DNA of 64,000 bases from Lama guanicoe (lineage: Eukaryota), in assembly GCA_013239625.1 (NCBI GenBank), contig MU056000.1, positions 12,103,175-12,167,174 on the forward strand, given 5' to 3'. Under the pieces are notes generated by a model. That model was not told the origin of the DNA. It saw only the letters and a list, made by a program, of their open reading frames with translations, and did no database searches. How positions within the stretch are numbered: the stretch's first letter is position 1; each line of letters opens with the position of its first letter. The translations under genes were made by a program, and so were the position numbers. Of the stretch, positions 1 to 12,369 are shown piece after piece.

Positions 1-994
1 GACTGGAGTGGGGACGGACTGGCGCTCCTTAAAAATAAGAACAAGATTTTTCTATAGTTGGGAAGGGAGAAAGGTGGGCACTTGAGTAAGAGAGAAAAGC
101 CTGGGGAGGGATGGAAAGCTCTCAGCAGGGATCACTACCTGCCTGGTCTGCCAGCAGGAATGGGTTTAGGAGAAGAGCGAGGCAGATGGGAAATTGACTG
201 TTAGAACAAAAACTTGGGCTTTGATTATTCACATGACACACACGTGTTAAAAGGTTCCTGAGTCAGGTATAAGAAGGTACTGGGTGACTACAAGGAACAA
301 AGAACCTATGGTTCAGAAGAGCTTTGTCAACGGTTGGCGTGACTCCCATCCAAACCAGGAGATACTATTTTTGTTGATCATTTGAATGTCTTTCTAAAGC
401 TATGTTATTGAAGGCAGAAGTCAACTTCGATTCGAACTCAGAATTCGTAAGCAGCAAAACAAAAACAGAGAGAATGATAAAGACAAGGGCCACTGGGTAC
501 CTGGATTCCTGAGCCCATCGCCGAAGATGATTTGCCTTCAAAGAACAAAACCCCAAACATGCTCTTTTCAGAGCCCAGATAAAGTGGACATATCCAGGGA
601 AATAAATGCTTGTGTTTTTGTTTATGAATACTCTGCATAAAAACTGCTGTCAAAATCCTTTTCAAATTCATTATTCAAGTGTCGAAAGGGGAACTACACC
701 CACTCCCGCGCTGGGATACAGGCATTTTCTTCTTGCATGAAGCCCGAGTTCATTCCTGGATGACTGTCTAAATTAGGTTTCCATGGTCTTCCCCTGGCAC
801 TCCAGAGATCTCCAGAGAGGAAGATGGTGTAGGAGGATGTCAAACCGGGTACCAAGAAGGAAGCCTCTGATTCGCTGGGGTTCACCAGGTAGGAACATGC
901 AGCCTAGAATCACTTCACACCCGGCGTACAGACGCCTGTGGGCACAGGCAGGCGATGAGGAGCCACTTTTGTGGAAAGTCTCATCTGAGCTTAC

Positions 995-1050
995 CTGTCG
1001 GGGCTGTCTGAGGCGCACACAGAATCGATCAGCCCTACATCCAAAGTGCC
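995..1050 (-). CDS. MYO10: MYO10 exon 30 (GTLDVGLIDSVCASDSPD-R), C-terminal half of split PH1
   Basis: ttttccag|GGC...GAC AG|gtaagc; 56 nt, phase 0 to 2; the peptide matches recalled myosin-X. It is not in the ORF track and was read directly. Confidence 0.96.
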
Positions 1051-1756
1051 CTGGAAAAGAGCGAAAGCAGAGAAGCTGAGAGAACCACTCAAGGACAGTG
1101 CACAGCATGGTAACACCCCTAGATTACGACTCTGTAAACAGGCAAACAAAAAAGACTCCTTTTTGTGTCAACTGCAAAGTAATAGTTACTTTGCAAATGG
1201 CCCCCCCGACTGTTACTTAGTACCAACGGCCTCTAGACAGGGCAATATACACTTCACTCATTAAGTAAATTGTAAATGAATCTGTCTTGTTCTTAAAATT
1301 CTTTCAGCAAAGGGTGTTTACGAACCTCTTTCAATCATATATATTTTCTGATCTACACTACGATCTATCTTGAACTTTTATACTGATGAGAAAATAAAAT
1401 TATTTCTAAAATAGATTTTGTGACTGGATATGTGTCTGAGATGGAGTGATGACAGAAGATTATGATTTAGAATTCACTAAATCCTTTGAAGGAAAGTATA
1501 ATGTGCTTCCCCAGTTTCATAAAGATTGGGATTTTTTGTTTGGCTCTTTGGTTTGAGGTGGAAGAATTGTCATCTATTATGATTTATAATCTTCTGTAAT
1601 TTACTCCATTTTTCTGCATGATCTTTAACCACAATATTCCTGTTTCTGTCTTTAATTATTATGCTATTACTTCTTCTTTTAAAAAAATTGTCCAGATATT
1701 TCCAGTCCCCTCCCCCTCCTCGGGACGCCCCCTCCCCACCACCGATGCTCACGCAC

Positions 1757-1850
1757 CACGGCGTTTTGCGGGTTTGCCTGCTCATCGTGCATCTCCCGAA
1801 TCTCCTGGTCCGTGGACGCGTGGACCTGACTCAGCACGCTGAACCACTGG
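1757..1850 (-). CDS. MYO10: MYO10 exon 29 (QWFSVLSQVHASTDQEIREMHDEQANPQNAV)
   Basis: cacag|C CAG TGG...GCC GTG|gtgcgt; 94 nt, phase 2 to 0. Confidence 0.96.
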
Positions 1851-4094
1851 CTGTGGGGAGGAGAGAGCAGCTGTCAAGAGTGGCCCTCTTCTGCATGTGT
1901 GAAACAGTGATGCCCTTCTCCACGCTCTCTGGGAAAAGGACATCTCCTCTGGGCAGCTTTGCTTTTAATTTGCCTACTCCTCATGGGTAAACTTGGGTTT
2001 CATACTACCAAGGAGCAAAGTTAGAAGAAACAGCCACAGTTCCTTAAGGACCATTGGATGCAATTTCAGATCCATGGAAAAGCCTTTCCTCTGGCCCCAC
2101 AGACCTTTACAGACACTTACTGATGATGAGTTCCCAGAGAAACTGGCAGCAAAAAAGGAAATCCTCAGTTCTGCCCCAAACACTTAGATCAAGGATCATT
2201 ACTGAAGATATTATACATAACCTATGGAACATTCAAGTGTCTTTTCATTTTTTCAAAGTAAATGATCAGGTAAGAAGGCCAATACTGTAAGAGCTTCATC
2301 TCAGAATGACCCTGGATGTCCATTCTCCCGACCCATTCCCAGGATGGGGTTTCCAACCATGTGAGAGGATTTCTATTTAAGCGAATAAAACCTCAGGAGA
2401 GCTGGAAATAGAAAACAATTTTCTGAAATAGAAGGTAGAAAATTATTTTGCCCAGAGAACTCTTCTACCTTCATTTCAAATGAGTTTCCATACTTTCAGC
2501 CTCCTCAGAATCCAATAATAAACGAGAGCATGTCAACTCTAGAAAAGTCAAGTGGAACAGAAGTCATGATGCAACTAGACACAATACATGCTTGAGGAAC
2601 ATGACCATGAATTCCATCCACCCGTCATTTCATCTATACATTTAAGCGACTGTAACAAGTGAGAAGTACCAAGTGTGAGAGAGATGCTAGGGCTCTGTCT
2701 CTGGTAGGGGGCTGATCAGACATATATATACAAACACTCCTGTAACTGAGGCAGAGGAAAAAGTACTTGGTATATAACAGGGTACTTAAGTAACAAGGTA
2801 ATACCTATATATAAAGGTATTTAAGTAAAGAGTTAATACCTATATATACATATATATAAAGATAAGTCGTATAAGTTATTTATAGCAAAGCAAAAAAATC
2901 TACCTCCTGTAATTCCTGCATGAGAAAGGTGTCACGAAGAGTTTGAAAATACTCAACATACACTGACTCGAACAGAAACCAAGGGAAACATCTTAATATG
3001 AATTTGTTCATCAATTCTGATTAATCCAAAGGCAAGGCTTCAGTCATTGCTTTATAAAGCTTAAAAATATCCCAAATGGAATGCTGAACACACACATTCA
3101 GAATGCAGGCCACGTGGGACGGGACACACAAATGAATAAAACTGGCTTTGCTTTCCATCTGCCCAGGTGACCCCCTTAAATCTACATCTCTCTCCTCCTG
3201 AATCAAGTACAGCTCAGAATCTGAAAAGGGAGTTTTAAAAATGTGTTCCAATTGAATTTCTTTGCTGTACCCCAGAAATGGACACCACACTGTAAACTGA
3301 CTATACTTCAATTAAAAATTAAAATTTGAAAAAAAAAAAAAGTGTTCCACTGGCCGGGGCAAAAAGTCCTTGGCTAAAAGACTCCAAATGTTCAATTTTG
3401 CAGGTTGATTATGGCACAAGACAGACAGGACAGCTGCCAAACGCTGGGCCTGTAATTCAACTGAAAAGCTGTGGGCATTTCCTGGACCGCAAAAAAATAC
3501 ACGTGGTCCCGAGGAGTCCCAGACGGAATGATGGGGCTCTAATTCCAGGTTTGCTTGTTTTTCCAGTTTGTGTCATAATTTATGGATCCAAGCAGGGTTT
3601 TAGTCTGTTCCCATGGGAAGAATTATTTTCTTTGCCCTTAATGCTGCTGCCATGGTGCTGTATCAACAGAAACATCCAAAGGGCAAAGAGTCGTAAAGGC
3701 CCCCGAGAACCCACTAGAAGATTCTAATTTCTGAGCTGTGAAGTGAAGAACACAGGCAGAGGGGTGCCACCCTCATAAAACGGAAGGTGTGCTCTGGCAC
3801 TGCGCACAGTGGATGACAGGCACCTCCAGTGTAACCCTACAGACTCAAGCAGCAGCAGGGACAGACGAGACAGATGCTCCACTGTCTGACCCCGTTCTCC
3901 GGAATTCTGTGCCACTTCTCAGCACCACGATGGCAACTGAGGTCGGAAGAACTTACACAACTTGCCCCAGCCGATGAGGGACACCATTGTCCTTGGAGCT
4001 CAAATATTTAAGCTCCTTAAGGAACCTAAGACGCTTTGTGCCTCCGTTCACTAGAATTGAGCTTGCATTCCTTTATGAGTTATACCACCTCTTC

Positions 4095-4241
4095 TCTGTA
4101 TCTCAGTCTCCTACTCTGTAAACTTGCATAACAGCAGTAATACCACTACCCTGGGGGGTGGCTGTCGGAATTAAATGAGTTCATATATGGGAAGCATCTT
4201 GGAACACTGCCTGAGACAGAGAGTGAGTTCCCTAAGTGTTA
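4095..4241 (+). mobile_element. MIR SINE fragment
   Basis: tctcagtctcctactctgtaaa...ggaattaaatgagttcatatatgggaagcatcttggaaca. Confidence 0.65.
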
Positions 4242-4744
4242 ACTTGCTCTTTTAACCAACTGAATTCTTCAGTATCAAGACCTTAAGTGCCCTCCAAATG
4301 CCACAACACCAGCATATATTTAAACAGCCGGTGGTGAATGTTCCTGCTTTTTTAACCCTTATGCAAACAGAAGCTGCTCTCTTTCAAAGCTCAGAAGCTT
4401 CCCGCGGGCGGCTTTTAGCTGCGTGGGGCTGCCCAGTTTACATATGCTGCTAGTGACAATAAAACCTGAATGGAAGTAACAAGCGGTCTGTCCAGGGGCA
4501 TCAAAGCTGGAAATCTGGGTGCTTACTGCATTGGATGCATTTGCCCAGTGAAAGACTGCCCAGGAGACAAGCACATCGATCTCTGACGACTCTCCGTTCT
4601 TTGACCATCCTAACAGAAATACTCGACTAGAAAATCGACTGAAACCTTTTCAGAGCTGGCAGGCTGGACAGTGGTCTGTGTGACACCCAGGTTGCAGAGG
4701 AGTGAGGATGGAGTTCTGACAAAGTCCCCAGCACAGCGCCTCAC

Positions 4745-4840
4745 CTGGCGTCTTCGGGGGACTCAGCGATCAGGTGGAAGGTCCGATCAGCCATGATGAT
4801 GTCAATGCCGTTCTCTTTGCTGGTGTTATCTACGATCTCC
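4745..4840 (-). CDS. MYO10: MYO10 exon 28 (EIVDNTSKENGIDIIMADRTFHLIAESPEDA-S), PH2
   Basis: ttgcag|G GAG ATC...GCC AG|gtgagg; 96 nt, phase 2 to 2. Confidence 0.97.
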
Positions 4841-5926
4841 CTGCAAAGGAACACGGGCACCAAACGCCAGTCAGGAACACAGAATTCTTAACAAGGGGTG
4901 GGGAAAGAAATGTCACAAAACTGATGATCGAGGTGCAAACTGTAACTGAAAAATCAGATACCGAAGCTCTAGAGTGGATCTTTTGCTTTTAGAAATGGTG
5001 AAGATCTCCGTGGCCCTGGGGGGAGCTAGGCTCCTCTCTGCTCCTGAAAGGGGGTGCTGCTGGGTGTGTGTGAGGGAGTCCTTGACTTTTCTAGGGAGGG
5101 GCCCCTCTCTCTCCCCACTGGCCCACCCTAGCCCCACCCCAGCTCAGGCCCTAGCGCCACGGCCCCTGCTGTGCGTGCCCCTCCCCTGACTCAGTCCTCT
5201 AACCAGAAAGCGCCCCCTCCCCAGGCAGCCAGTCCGGCCTGCGCCCCTTCCCTGGTTCATCACAGCTTCCCATCAAGGTCTCAGGCATCTGCGGACACCT
5301 TTGACTCAACCTGCTACAGGCATATTCATTATTTCCATCAGGGGATTTGGGGTGAAAAGCAGGATTTGGGTGTGTCTAGATCTCCATTCCACCCTGATCT
5401 CATCCTAACACTCTCTGAGCAACACTGGAGATTTAAAATCAGTGCATGACGTTAACACAATCAGGGCAAAACCCAAGCAGTGGTTAGGATCGGACCAGAG
5501 GTGGTGACAGAGCTGATGAAGAAGGGTGCTGGGGACAGAGCCACCTGGCTTTGACAGCTGAAGCAGTACGACTATTCATGGTAAAATACTTATTTCACTC
5601 TAAAATAATAAGCAGCCAGGTTCGAAAATAAATTCTCATATGACATTTTAGCTAGAATCACTGAGATGAGATAAAACACCTTATAAAAACCAAGAAGATC
5701 AGGATTCAAGGAGGAGTCTAATAATGCCTTTCTGGAGCGGAAGGAGAGGTGACCCTAATGGGGAGAGATCACCCAGGTATCTGGCACTGGAGCCAATGGG
5801 AGAGGACAATAATCTCGGGGGGAAATTGCCCAGACGATGTTATCCTGGACCAGCCACTTTGACTCCCAGGAACTCAGTGGCCTTATGTGTAAAATGAGGG
5901 GGTGAGACTATGATGGAGCCGTAAGG

Positions 5927-6085
5927 CCGTGGTTCTGAACCACAGAGGTCCATCAGGATCCTGGGAAACATTCAGAAAACCCAGGCGGGACTTTTTAGGG
6001 TGGAGCCCAGGGACTGGCATTTAGAAAAAGCTCCCCTGGAGACGGGGGAGTGATGATACTGTCCTGGCCTTGATAAACGCAGTCT
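5927..6085. mobile_element. MER5-like hAT fragment
   Basis: gtggttctgaac...gggtggagcccagggactggcatttagaaaaagctccc. Confidence 0.55.
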
Positions 6086-6159
6086 GGAATCTACAGGATA
6101 AATAAACGACATAGCATCTTCAATAATAGATGGTCAGTGGAAGAAAAGATAAAGGAGGA

Positions 6160-6740
6160 GTACATAAATTTAAAAAGATTTGAGAGATCTATCAATCAGT
6201 TAAAAATTATAAACCTTATGTGGATTCTGATTTGAAGAAATAAACCAACTCAAGTCTACAAGTACACTACAACCTCCAGTTATAAGACAACTGGGGAAAT
6301 CTGAGCAATGACTGGAGTTTGGATGATATAAGCAGTTCACGTTCCTTTTTAAATGTTATAATGAGCAAGGAGGGTGTAGCTCAGTGGTAGAGTGCATGCC
6401 TAGCATGCACGAGGTCCTGGCTTCAATCCCCAGTCCCTCCATTAAAAAATAAACTTAATTACCCCCTCCCCACCAAAAGTGTCATAATGATACTGTGATT
6501 ATGTATTAAAAAGAGTCTTAATCTTTAAGTACGCACTAAATATTTACAAATGAAATTATATGATGTCAGGACTTGCTTTTAAAAAAATGTGGTTTGTAGG
6601 GGGAGCACTGCCGAGTGGGCTCACGAACAAAACACGACTGAAAGCTGGGCAATGAGCACACGGATTTCATTCTGGTCTCCCATCTACACTTGCATAGGAT
6701 TGAAATTTTCTATAATAAGACGTTTCAAAATATAAAATGA
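6160..6740 (+). mobile_element. Old L1M (L1ME/L1MC-like) 3' fragment
   Basis: Degenerate similarity to recalled ancient L1 3'UTR (gacaactggggaaatctgagc, gaaattttctataataa); boundaries approximate. Confidence 0.55.
6369..6478 (+). mobile_element. tRNA-derived SINE (Vic-1-like, camelid) nested in an old L1 3' fragment
   Basis: A box TAGCTCAGTGG, B-box-like CTTCAATCCC, tail aataaacttaattacccc shared with the other copies. Confidence 0.85.
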
Positions 6741-7049
6741 CAAAAAAAAAATCTTACTGTGATGAAACTTTAACAACTCACTGCCTTTCCTCTACAGAAT
6801 GTGACCAACAGCTAACACTTCCTTACCTCTTTAATTTTTATAAAACACCTGGAGGACAGGGCTTTATTAAGCAGCAAAAGGCACGTACACGAAATTTACA
6901 TGATGAAATTCAATACCTCGCCTTTCTCTGTCTCTCAGCCTCCTGGCATTTGTGGCTGCCTCCTATGGGGTGAGTAAAGAGGACCATCACGGTGTGCAGG
7001 GTTGGGGGAACAGAGCTGTGCTAAGCAGTAAAAACATGTAGGACTCAGA

Positions 7050-7673
7050 CATGGAAACAATCTAAATGTCTGACCGAAGACTGTAATAAAAAAGCTGTGG
7101 TGTGTATGTGTGAGTGTGTGAGAGTATGTGTGTGTGAGAGTGTGTGTGAGTGTGTGTGTGTGTATAATTGAATACTATTCAGTCATAAAAAAGAATAAAA
7201 TAATGCCATTTGCAGCAACATGGATGGATGTGAAGATTGTCATTCTAAGTGAAGTAAGCCAGAAAGAGAAAGAAAAATACCACATGATATCACTCATGTG
7301 GAATCCAGGAAAAAAAAGAAAAAAGATGACACTAACAAACTTATATACAAAACAGAACCAGATTCACAGACATAGGAAACAAATCTATGGTTAACAGGGG
7401 TAAAGGGGGTGGGAAGGGATAAACTGGGAGTTCAAGAATTGCTAATATTAACTACTATATATAAAATACATTAAAAAAACCCCAAATTTCTTCTGTATAG
7501 CACAGGGAACTAGATTCAATATCTTGTAGCAACCTATAATGAAAAAGAATATGGAAACAAATATATGTATGTATATGTATGACTAAAACATGCTGTACAC
7601 CAGAAATTGACAGATTGTAACTGACTATACTCCAATAAATTAAAAACCAATCAACTAACAAACAAAAATAAGG
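7050..7673 (+). mobile_element. 5'-truncated L1 (ORF2 end plus 3'UTR) with TSD and an internal TG microsatellite
   Basis: ORF 7128..7394 contains IEYYSVIKKNKIMPFAATWMD..IILSEVSQ-like L1 ORF2 C-terminus; TSD tgtaggactcaga at 7037-7049 and 7674-7686. Confidence 0.92.
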
Positions 7674-8685
7674 TGTAGGACTCAGATTCAAATCCTCAGT
7701 CTTATCTTCCTACAGAAGAAGGTCTCTAAGGAACCCCAAGGGGCAGCCTGGGAAAGGACCCTGCTGTTGACACTTCATTATTTGTCCTTAAAATTAAACA
7801 CACAGAAGACTTTCCCCCCTGATTTCACCCTCCACTTTTCAATGAATCACTTTCTAAAGTCTTTGATGCCAGCTGAGTAAGAAACAATATGTCACTCTCA
7901 GGTCTCACGACTTCAGGGGTTAATGTGCTCTCTCAAAGCTGATTTTTTTAACCTGTTTTCTAAATAGGTATAGTTGTTCAGTTTGAGTGGAGTGGGGCTA
8001 TGTGTTATCCCCACGCAAATTTTATGCTTAGTATCTGGTTACCGAAGAAAACCAGCTGCCCCGAAATTCTCAGTATTTTCTGAAAACCTTACTGAATTTT
8101 TAATAAAAATAACAGGACTCCATAGTTCAATGCTTTGGTTGTAGAAGAAGGTGGCAGGAAAAGGGGGTGGGTTGGATTCAGACACCAGCTCTGCTCCTCT
8201 GATGGGTACAGAGAGGTTGGTCTATCAAACTCAGGTGGACGACAAATGACTCACTTCACAATGCAGCTCTAGACTGGCTGGCTGCTCCCAGTCCAGCCAT
8301 CTATCTGTTGGCCACAGTGGGGCGTGGGGAAGAACTGAAAGTGGTAGTTGACCCACAAGAAGGTGCTCAACCCACGCTCAATATCCCCGCCACAATTCCC
8401 AGCCAATCAGCACTTTCAAGGGCTCATTCTGTGTCCAACTAGCCCCTTACAAACACGAGCAGAATGTCTGCGTTAACCACAAAAAAGTGCATTTTCACAG
8501 ATGCAGTCTCACTTCCCCAGCTTCCTCGTAATTCAAGCCGCAGAAGCGCGTGAGGCGGACTCACTGAACACCTCCTCCCTTCTCCTGCTTCCAAGCACTT
8601 GCCCCCAACTTCGTGCACGCGAGGACAGAAAGGCTGGGGCAGCCCCGAGCCCCGCCAGCACCCCGACCAGGGCTCGTGGACGTAC

Positions 8686-8929
8686 TTGGCCGCCCGGACC
8701 TCCACGGTGCCCTTGAGCTTCTCCTCGCTGTCGTTCTCGAAGTACATCAGCTTGGCCTGGCGGAGGACGAACCAGCGCTTCTTCCAGTTCCTCCGCGACA
8801 GTGTGGAGGAGCCGCCGCCCTTCTTGTGCAGCCAGCCTTGCTTGAGGGCCTCCTGCTTGGAGCGGAACCACAGGAAGGTTTCGTCCTTGAGGACACACCA
8901 GCGGCGTTTCCAGGAGTTCATCAGGCCAC
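8686..8929 (-). CDS. MYO10: MYO10 exon 27 (GLMNSWKRRWCVLKDE...KLKGTVEVRAA-K), PH1N/PH2
   Basis: gcag|GT GGC CTG ATG...GCC AA|gtacgt; 244 nt; overlaps ORF 8439..8921, which has the PH2 signature KQGWLHKKGGGSSTLSRRNWKKRWF. Confidence 0.98.
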
Positions 8930-11900
8930 CTGCTCCCAGAGTTGGGCAGGGAGGGGTTTAAGAAAAGCCCGTCAAATTGGATGATACCAGTGGGAGGTGT
9001 CAAGATGGAGCCCATCCTCAACTTTGCCCCAACCGACCCGCCCTCAGACGCCCCCTAGCGACGGATGACGGCCCTGCTGGCTTGCGTTCAGGAAGCGCTG
9101 GGCAGGGATCACACTGGCTTGGCTGGATTACCCAAGAACCCTTATTTCCAAAGCAACCTCTACTCACTTAGCTGAAAGCAGAAAGACCAATAATGGGCTG
9201 ATACTCTAGCCCCGGGATGAGGCAAGGCGGGGGGGGGGGGAGGCACGGGTTGAACCATTTCCACGTGTATAGATCATGCTTATGTTCAAACACCTCCGGG
9301 AGGGAAAATTTAAAATGGTGTCAACGTTTACATATTCCTTCCTTGTTTAGTCAAGGCGAGGAATAAAATTTATCAGTGGATTCCAGAGCTTAGCAATAAA
9401 TGTTAACTTACAGAGGAAAACAAAATGTGACTTTTTCCTCAATAAAAACCTTTTCAAAGAAAAGCATCATCATCTGAAAATGGTTTATATATGTAAGGTA
9501 TAAAATTTAGAATATGGAACAAAGTAAGAGTCCAAACCAAACTGGCATAGGACCTTAAAAAAGGAGAATTTAACTAATTTATGTAGTGGAAAACTTTGGT
9601 CAAGAGGAAGGTATACAGATGTTATTTATTACAACATAAAAAAATATTTCTAATACTCTTCCAGCAGGATAATTTTACTTTAGTATTCTAGATTCCCCAA
9701 GAACACTCAGGAGTAACATCTTACCACCATCACTCAAAAATCTGTTTTAATGAATCCACTGAAAAACACTGCCATCTCTGTCCACAAGTTATTCTTTTGA
9801 TCAGCCAGTAATAAAAATAAAGGACATTTAAACGTGGATATCAAAAGTGAGTATAAAGAAAATGCTTTCCTTTGACAGAATAGAAATAAAGGTAAAACAG
9901 ACCTTCTCAGATTAGTTTTTTCAATGATGCTTCAATGATTATTATAGATCTACACTTCATATGGGAACAAAAGAAGCCTGCACTGCAGGGCGCACTTGTT
10001 TCATTGACTTAAGCTGACTCCTACCCTTTCTTGTATCTACAGCACTTCCTGCTCACCTAGCAGAGAGGTCTTTGTGGTCACGCCAAGCGCCAGAGCTGTT
10101 TCCTAGCAAACAGCAAACTTTGCCAGGGACTACCGGCATGAGACTTATTTTTCCCCTTTTTGATTTGTGGCTTTAATCTAGGCTACTCAGAGCTAGCCAA
10201 GAGGAAACCGTAGTACAAAGTTATCCTATTAACTTATTGCCTTTAAATGATAAAGGTTATTCACAGCTGTTTCAAAGACACAGGTTACAGCAGGCATCAC
10301 CACCACCCTCACCAGTAGTAGAGTATGATTGATGGGACTCACTCCCAGCCCTCCCTCCCCAATTCCACGTGCTCTCTTCATATCTCACCTAGGGAATTTC
10401 ATCAGTGCTATTAATTTCCGGATTGTAAACACCTTTAGTAGGCTATCTGGCTGGTGCAAACTCATTCATGCTCATTAAATGTAATCTGGTGGTTAGATTT
10501 TCCTCCTCATTGGTTTCTCTGAAACTTTTTGTCACAACTTTAAGGCTTTATTCAACATTAAATGATAATGTATCAAAGATTAAACAGTGATGCATTTACA
10601 CAATCACTTGTTTAATCAAGAGATGAATTTGCCGAGAATTTACTTACTTACCTTCTTAAGCTTTTAATGTTTTAATCTTGAGATTTTAATGTTTTGAATC
10701 TACCTTTACTTTTTCCTAATTTTACTTGTTCTAATCAATTATGTAATAAATGAATGCCATACATTATAAATAAGAGTGATTTACAGGGAATTTTTAAGCT
10801 GACGTAGGGAACTAGATTAATTAGGGGGAGAGGAAAATACATGAGTAATAAAAAGCTTACATTTATTCTGAGAAATGCATGAGAAAATCTTAAAGTGCTA
10901 TGATTAGATACTTATTGGATTATTAGGTTCTGATTTGTGATTACATTTTTTCCTTCATCCAATGAACAATTATTTGGTTAGAATTTCTCAATCTTTTTCA
11001 TTTCAATGCTCCTATAAGAATTTCCATCAACCAGTGACTTTGGCCAGTAGGAAGATCTCCCCTAAAACAAACCTGGAGAGGTTTCCATGAGCACCTTGGG
11101 AATGTGAGGCTGAGAACAGCAGAACTTTGAAAAGCAAATGACTGATGTTAGTAGCTAGACAGATGTTGAATAAAGGCAAAAAAGGGAAAGGACAAAAACA
11201 TAAGATGAAGAACAGAAAAAAATATTAAGGACAAAAGAGATATGAAAAAAGACAAACATGCCAACAGAAAAGAGAAGCAGAGGGAAAGGAAACAGAATAA
11301 AAAGGTTTTTGTGGGGGAAGAAGGAGAAAAAGAAAAGGGAATGAAGAAAGAGGGCAGTAGAAAAGAAAGTGAAGAAAGGGGTTGGAGAAAACATTAACGA
11401 CTTGAACCCTTGGGAGACGAAGGCTCCTGTTACCTCTGCCCCGTCCCCAGGACTTGGACTCGCTCCCCTCATGCAGTCTAGGGCCGGGTGAGAAATCAGG
11501 TGAGCCCCTCTTTCAATGACCCACGTAAAACTCCTACCAAAAACAGGTGATGAGTACGGTTTCTCATGACCCTGTCACTGACTTGGAAGTCAGGGTCAAA
11601 AACATGCATAAGGCTAAGTACGTAGTCCTTAGGTACTTTCCCAGAAGGAGTGTCCCCAGGTATTAAAGTTCAATACAGCATATTCGAAGTTGAACTGCAA
11701 TGAAAAAATACAATTAAGATTCTCATCATGAGCGTGGGATGGACAGTAGGTGTGTAGGTAGTTTAAGCTAGGTGTAGCGGCCTCTCAGATCTTTACTTTT
11801 TCCTTGTGTCTAAGATATCCCTCTATGTTCTCTAGGACTCCTGTGGAGGGGAAAATGCAGTTTCAGCATCATAATGGGTTGCATCAACTCCAGCAACAAC

Positions 11901-12245
11901 ACGTGTGTGTTTGCACGTGTGCGTGAGAGAGAAAGAGAAAAAGATGTAGGAAGGAAGGAAAAGAGCACAGACGTGAGAGATAACAGAGAGAGGGGGCTGC
12001 AAATGGTGACAGTGGGTACAGACCCTTTGTCCTGACACCACACCAAGTGAGGAGAGTCAAGGCCAGGCCCTGCATGATCCAGTCAGGTGGCCCACGTCCC
12101 ACCACCATGGCATCCTCCATCCACCTAGCGTGACCTCACACCAGGGAAGGGGCACGTATCATGACTTTCCCAGTCCCCCTCCGTCAGCCTCAGCTTCCCA
12201 TCCCTCTACCCCTGCCCCCAGGGCAGAGGTGGCTGCAGGTCATAC

Positions 12246-12369
12246 CTTTCATGTACAGGAAGCTGTGGAAGTAAGGCAGCGTGACACAGCTGTACACAGA
12301 GTCCCGCCGGTAGGACAGTTCATCGTCCGTATCAAACCGAGAGTCGAAGTCCTCTTCACTATCTTCAAA
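12246..12369 (-). CDS. MYO10: MYO10 exon 26 (FEDSEEDFDSRFDTDDELSYRRDSVYSCVTLPYFHSFLYMK-G)
   Basis: ccag|TTT GAA...AAA G|gtatga; 124 nt, phase 0 to 1; within ORF 12190..12486. Confidence 0.98.

Noticed and set aside
6369..6440. tRNA-like sequence with A and B boxes
   Set aside because: It is the head of a multi-copy SINE with tails and TSDs, not a tRNA gene.
8501..9021. Several overlapping ORFs of 70-160 aa
   Set aside because: Shadows of GC-rich exon 27.
10642..10730. Perfect donor AAG|gtaagtaagt at 10652
   Set aside because: The upstream minus-strand sequence is purine-rich with no plausible acceptor or promoter.
11155..11472. 105 aa Phe-rich minus-strand ORF
   Set aside because: By-product of the pyrimidine tract, not a credible membrane protein.
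11660..11720. Acceptor-like ttttttcattgcag at 11695
   Set aside because: In-phase stop after about 10 codons and only a poor donor nearby; not distinguishable from a pseudo-site.
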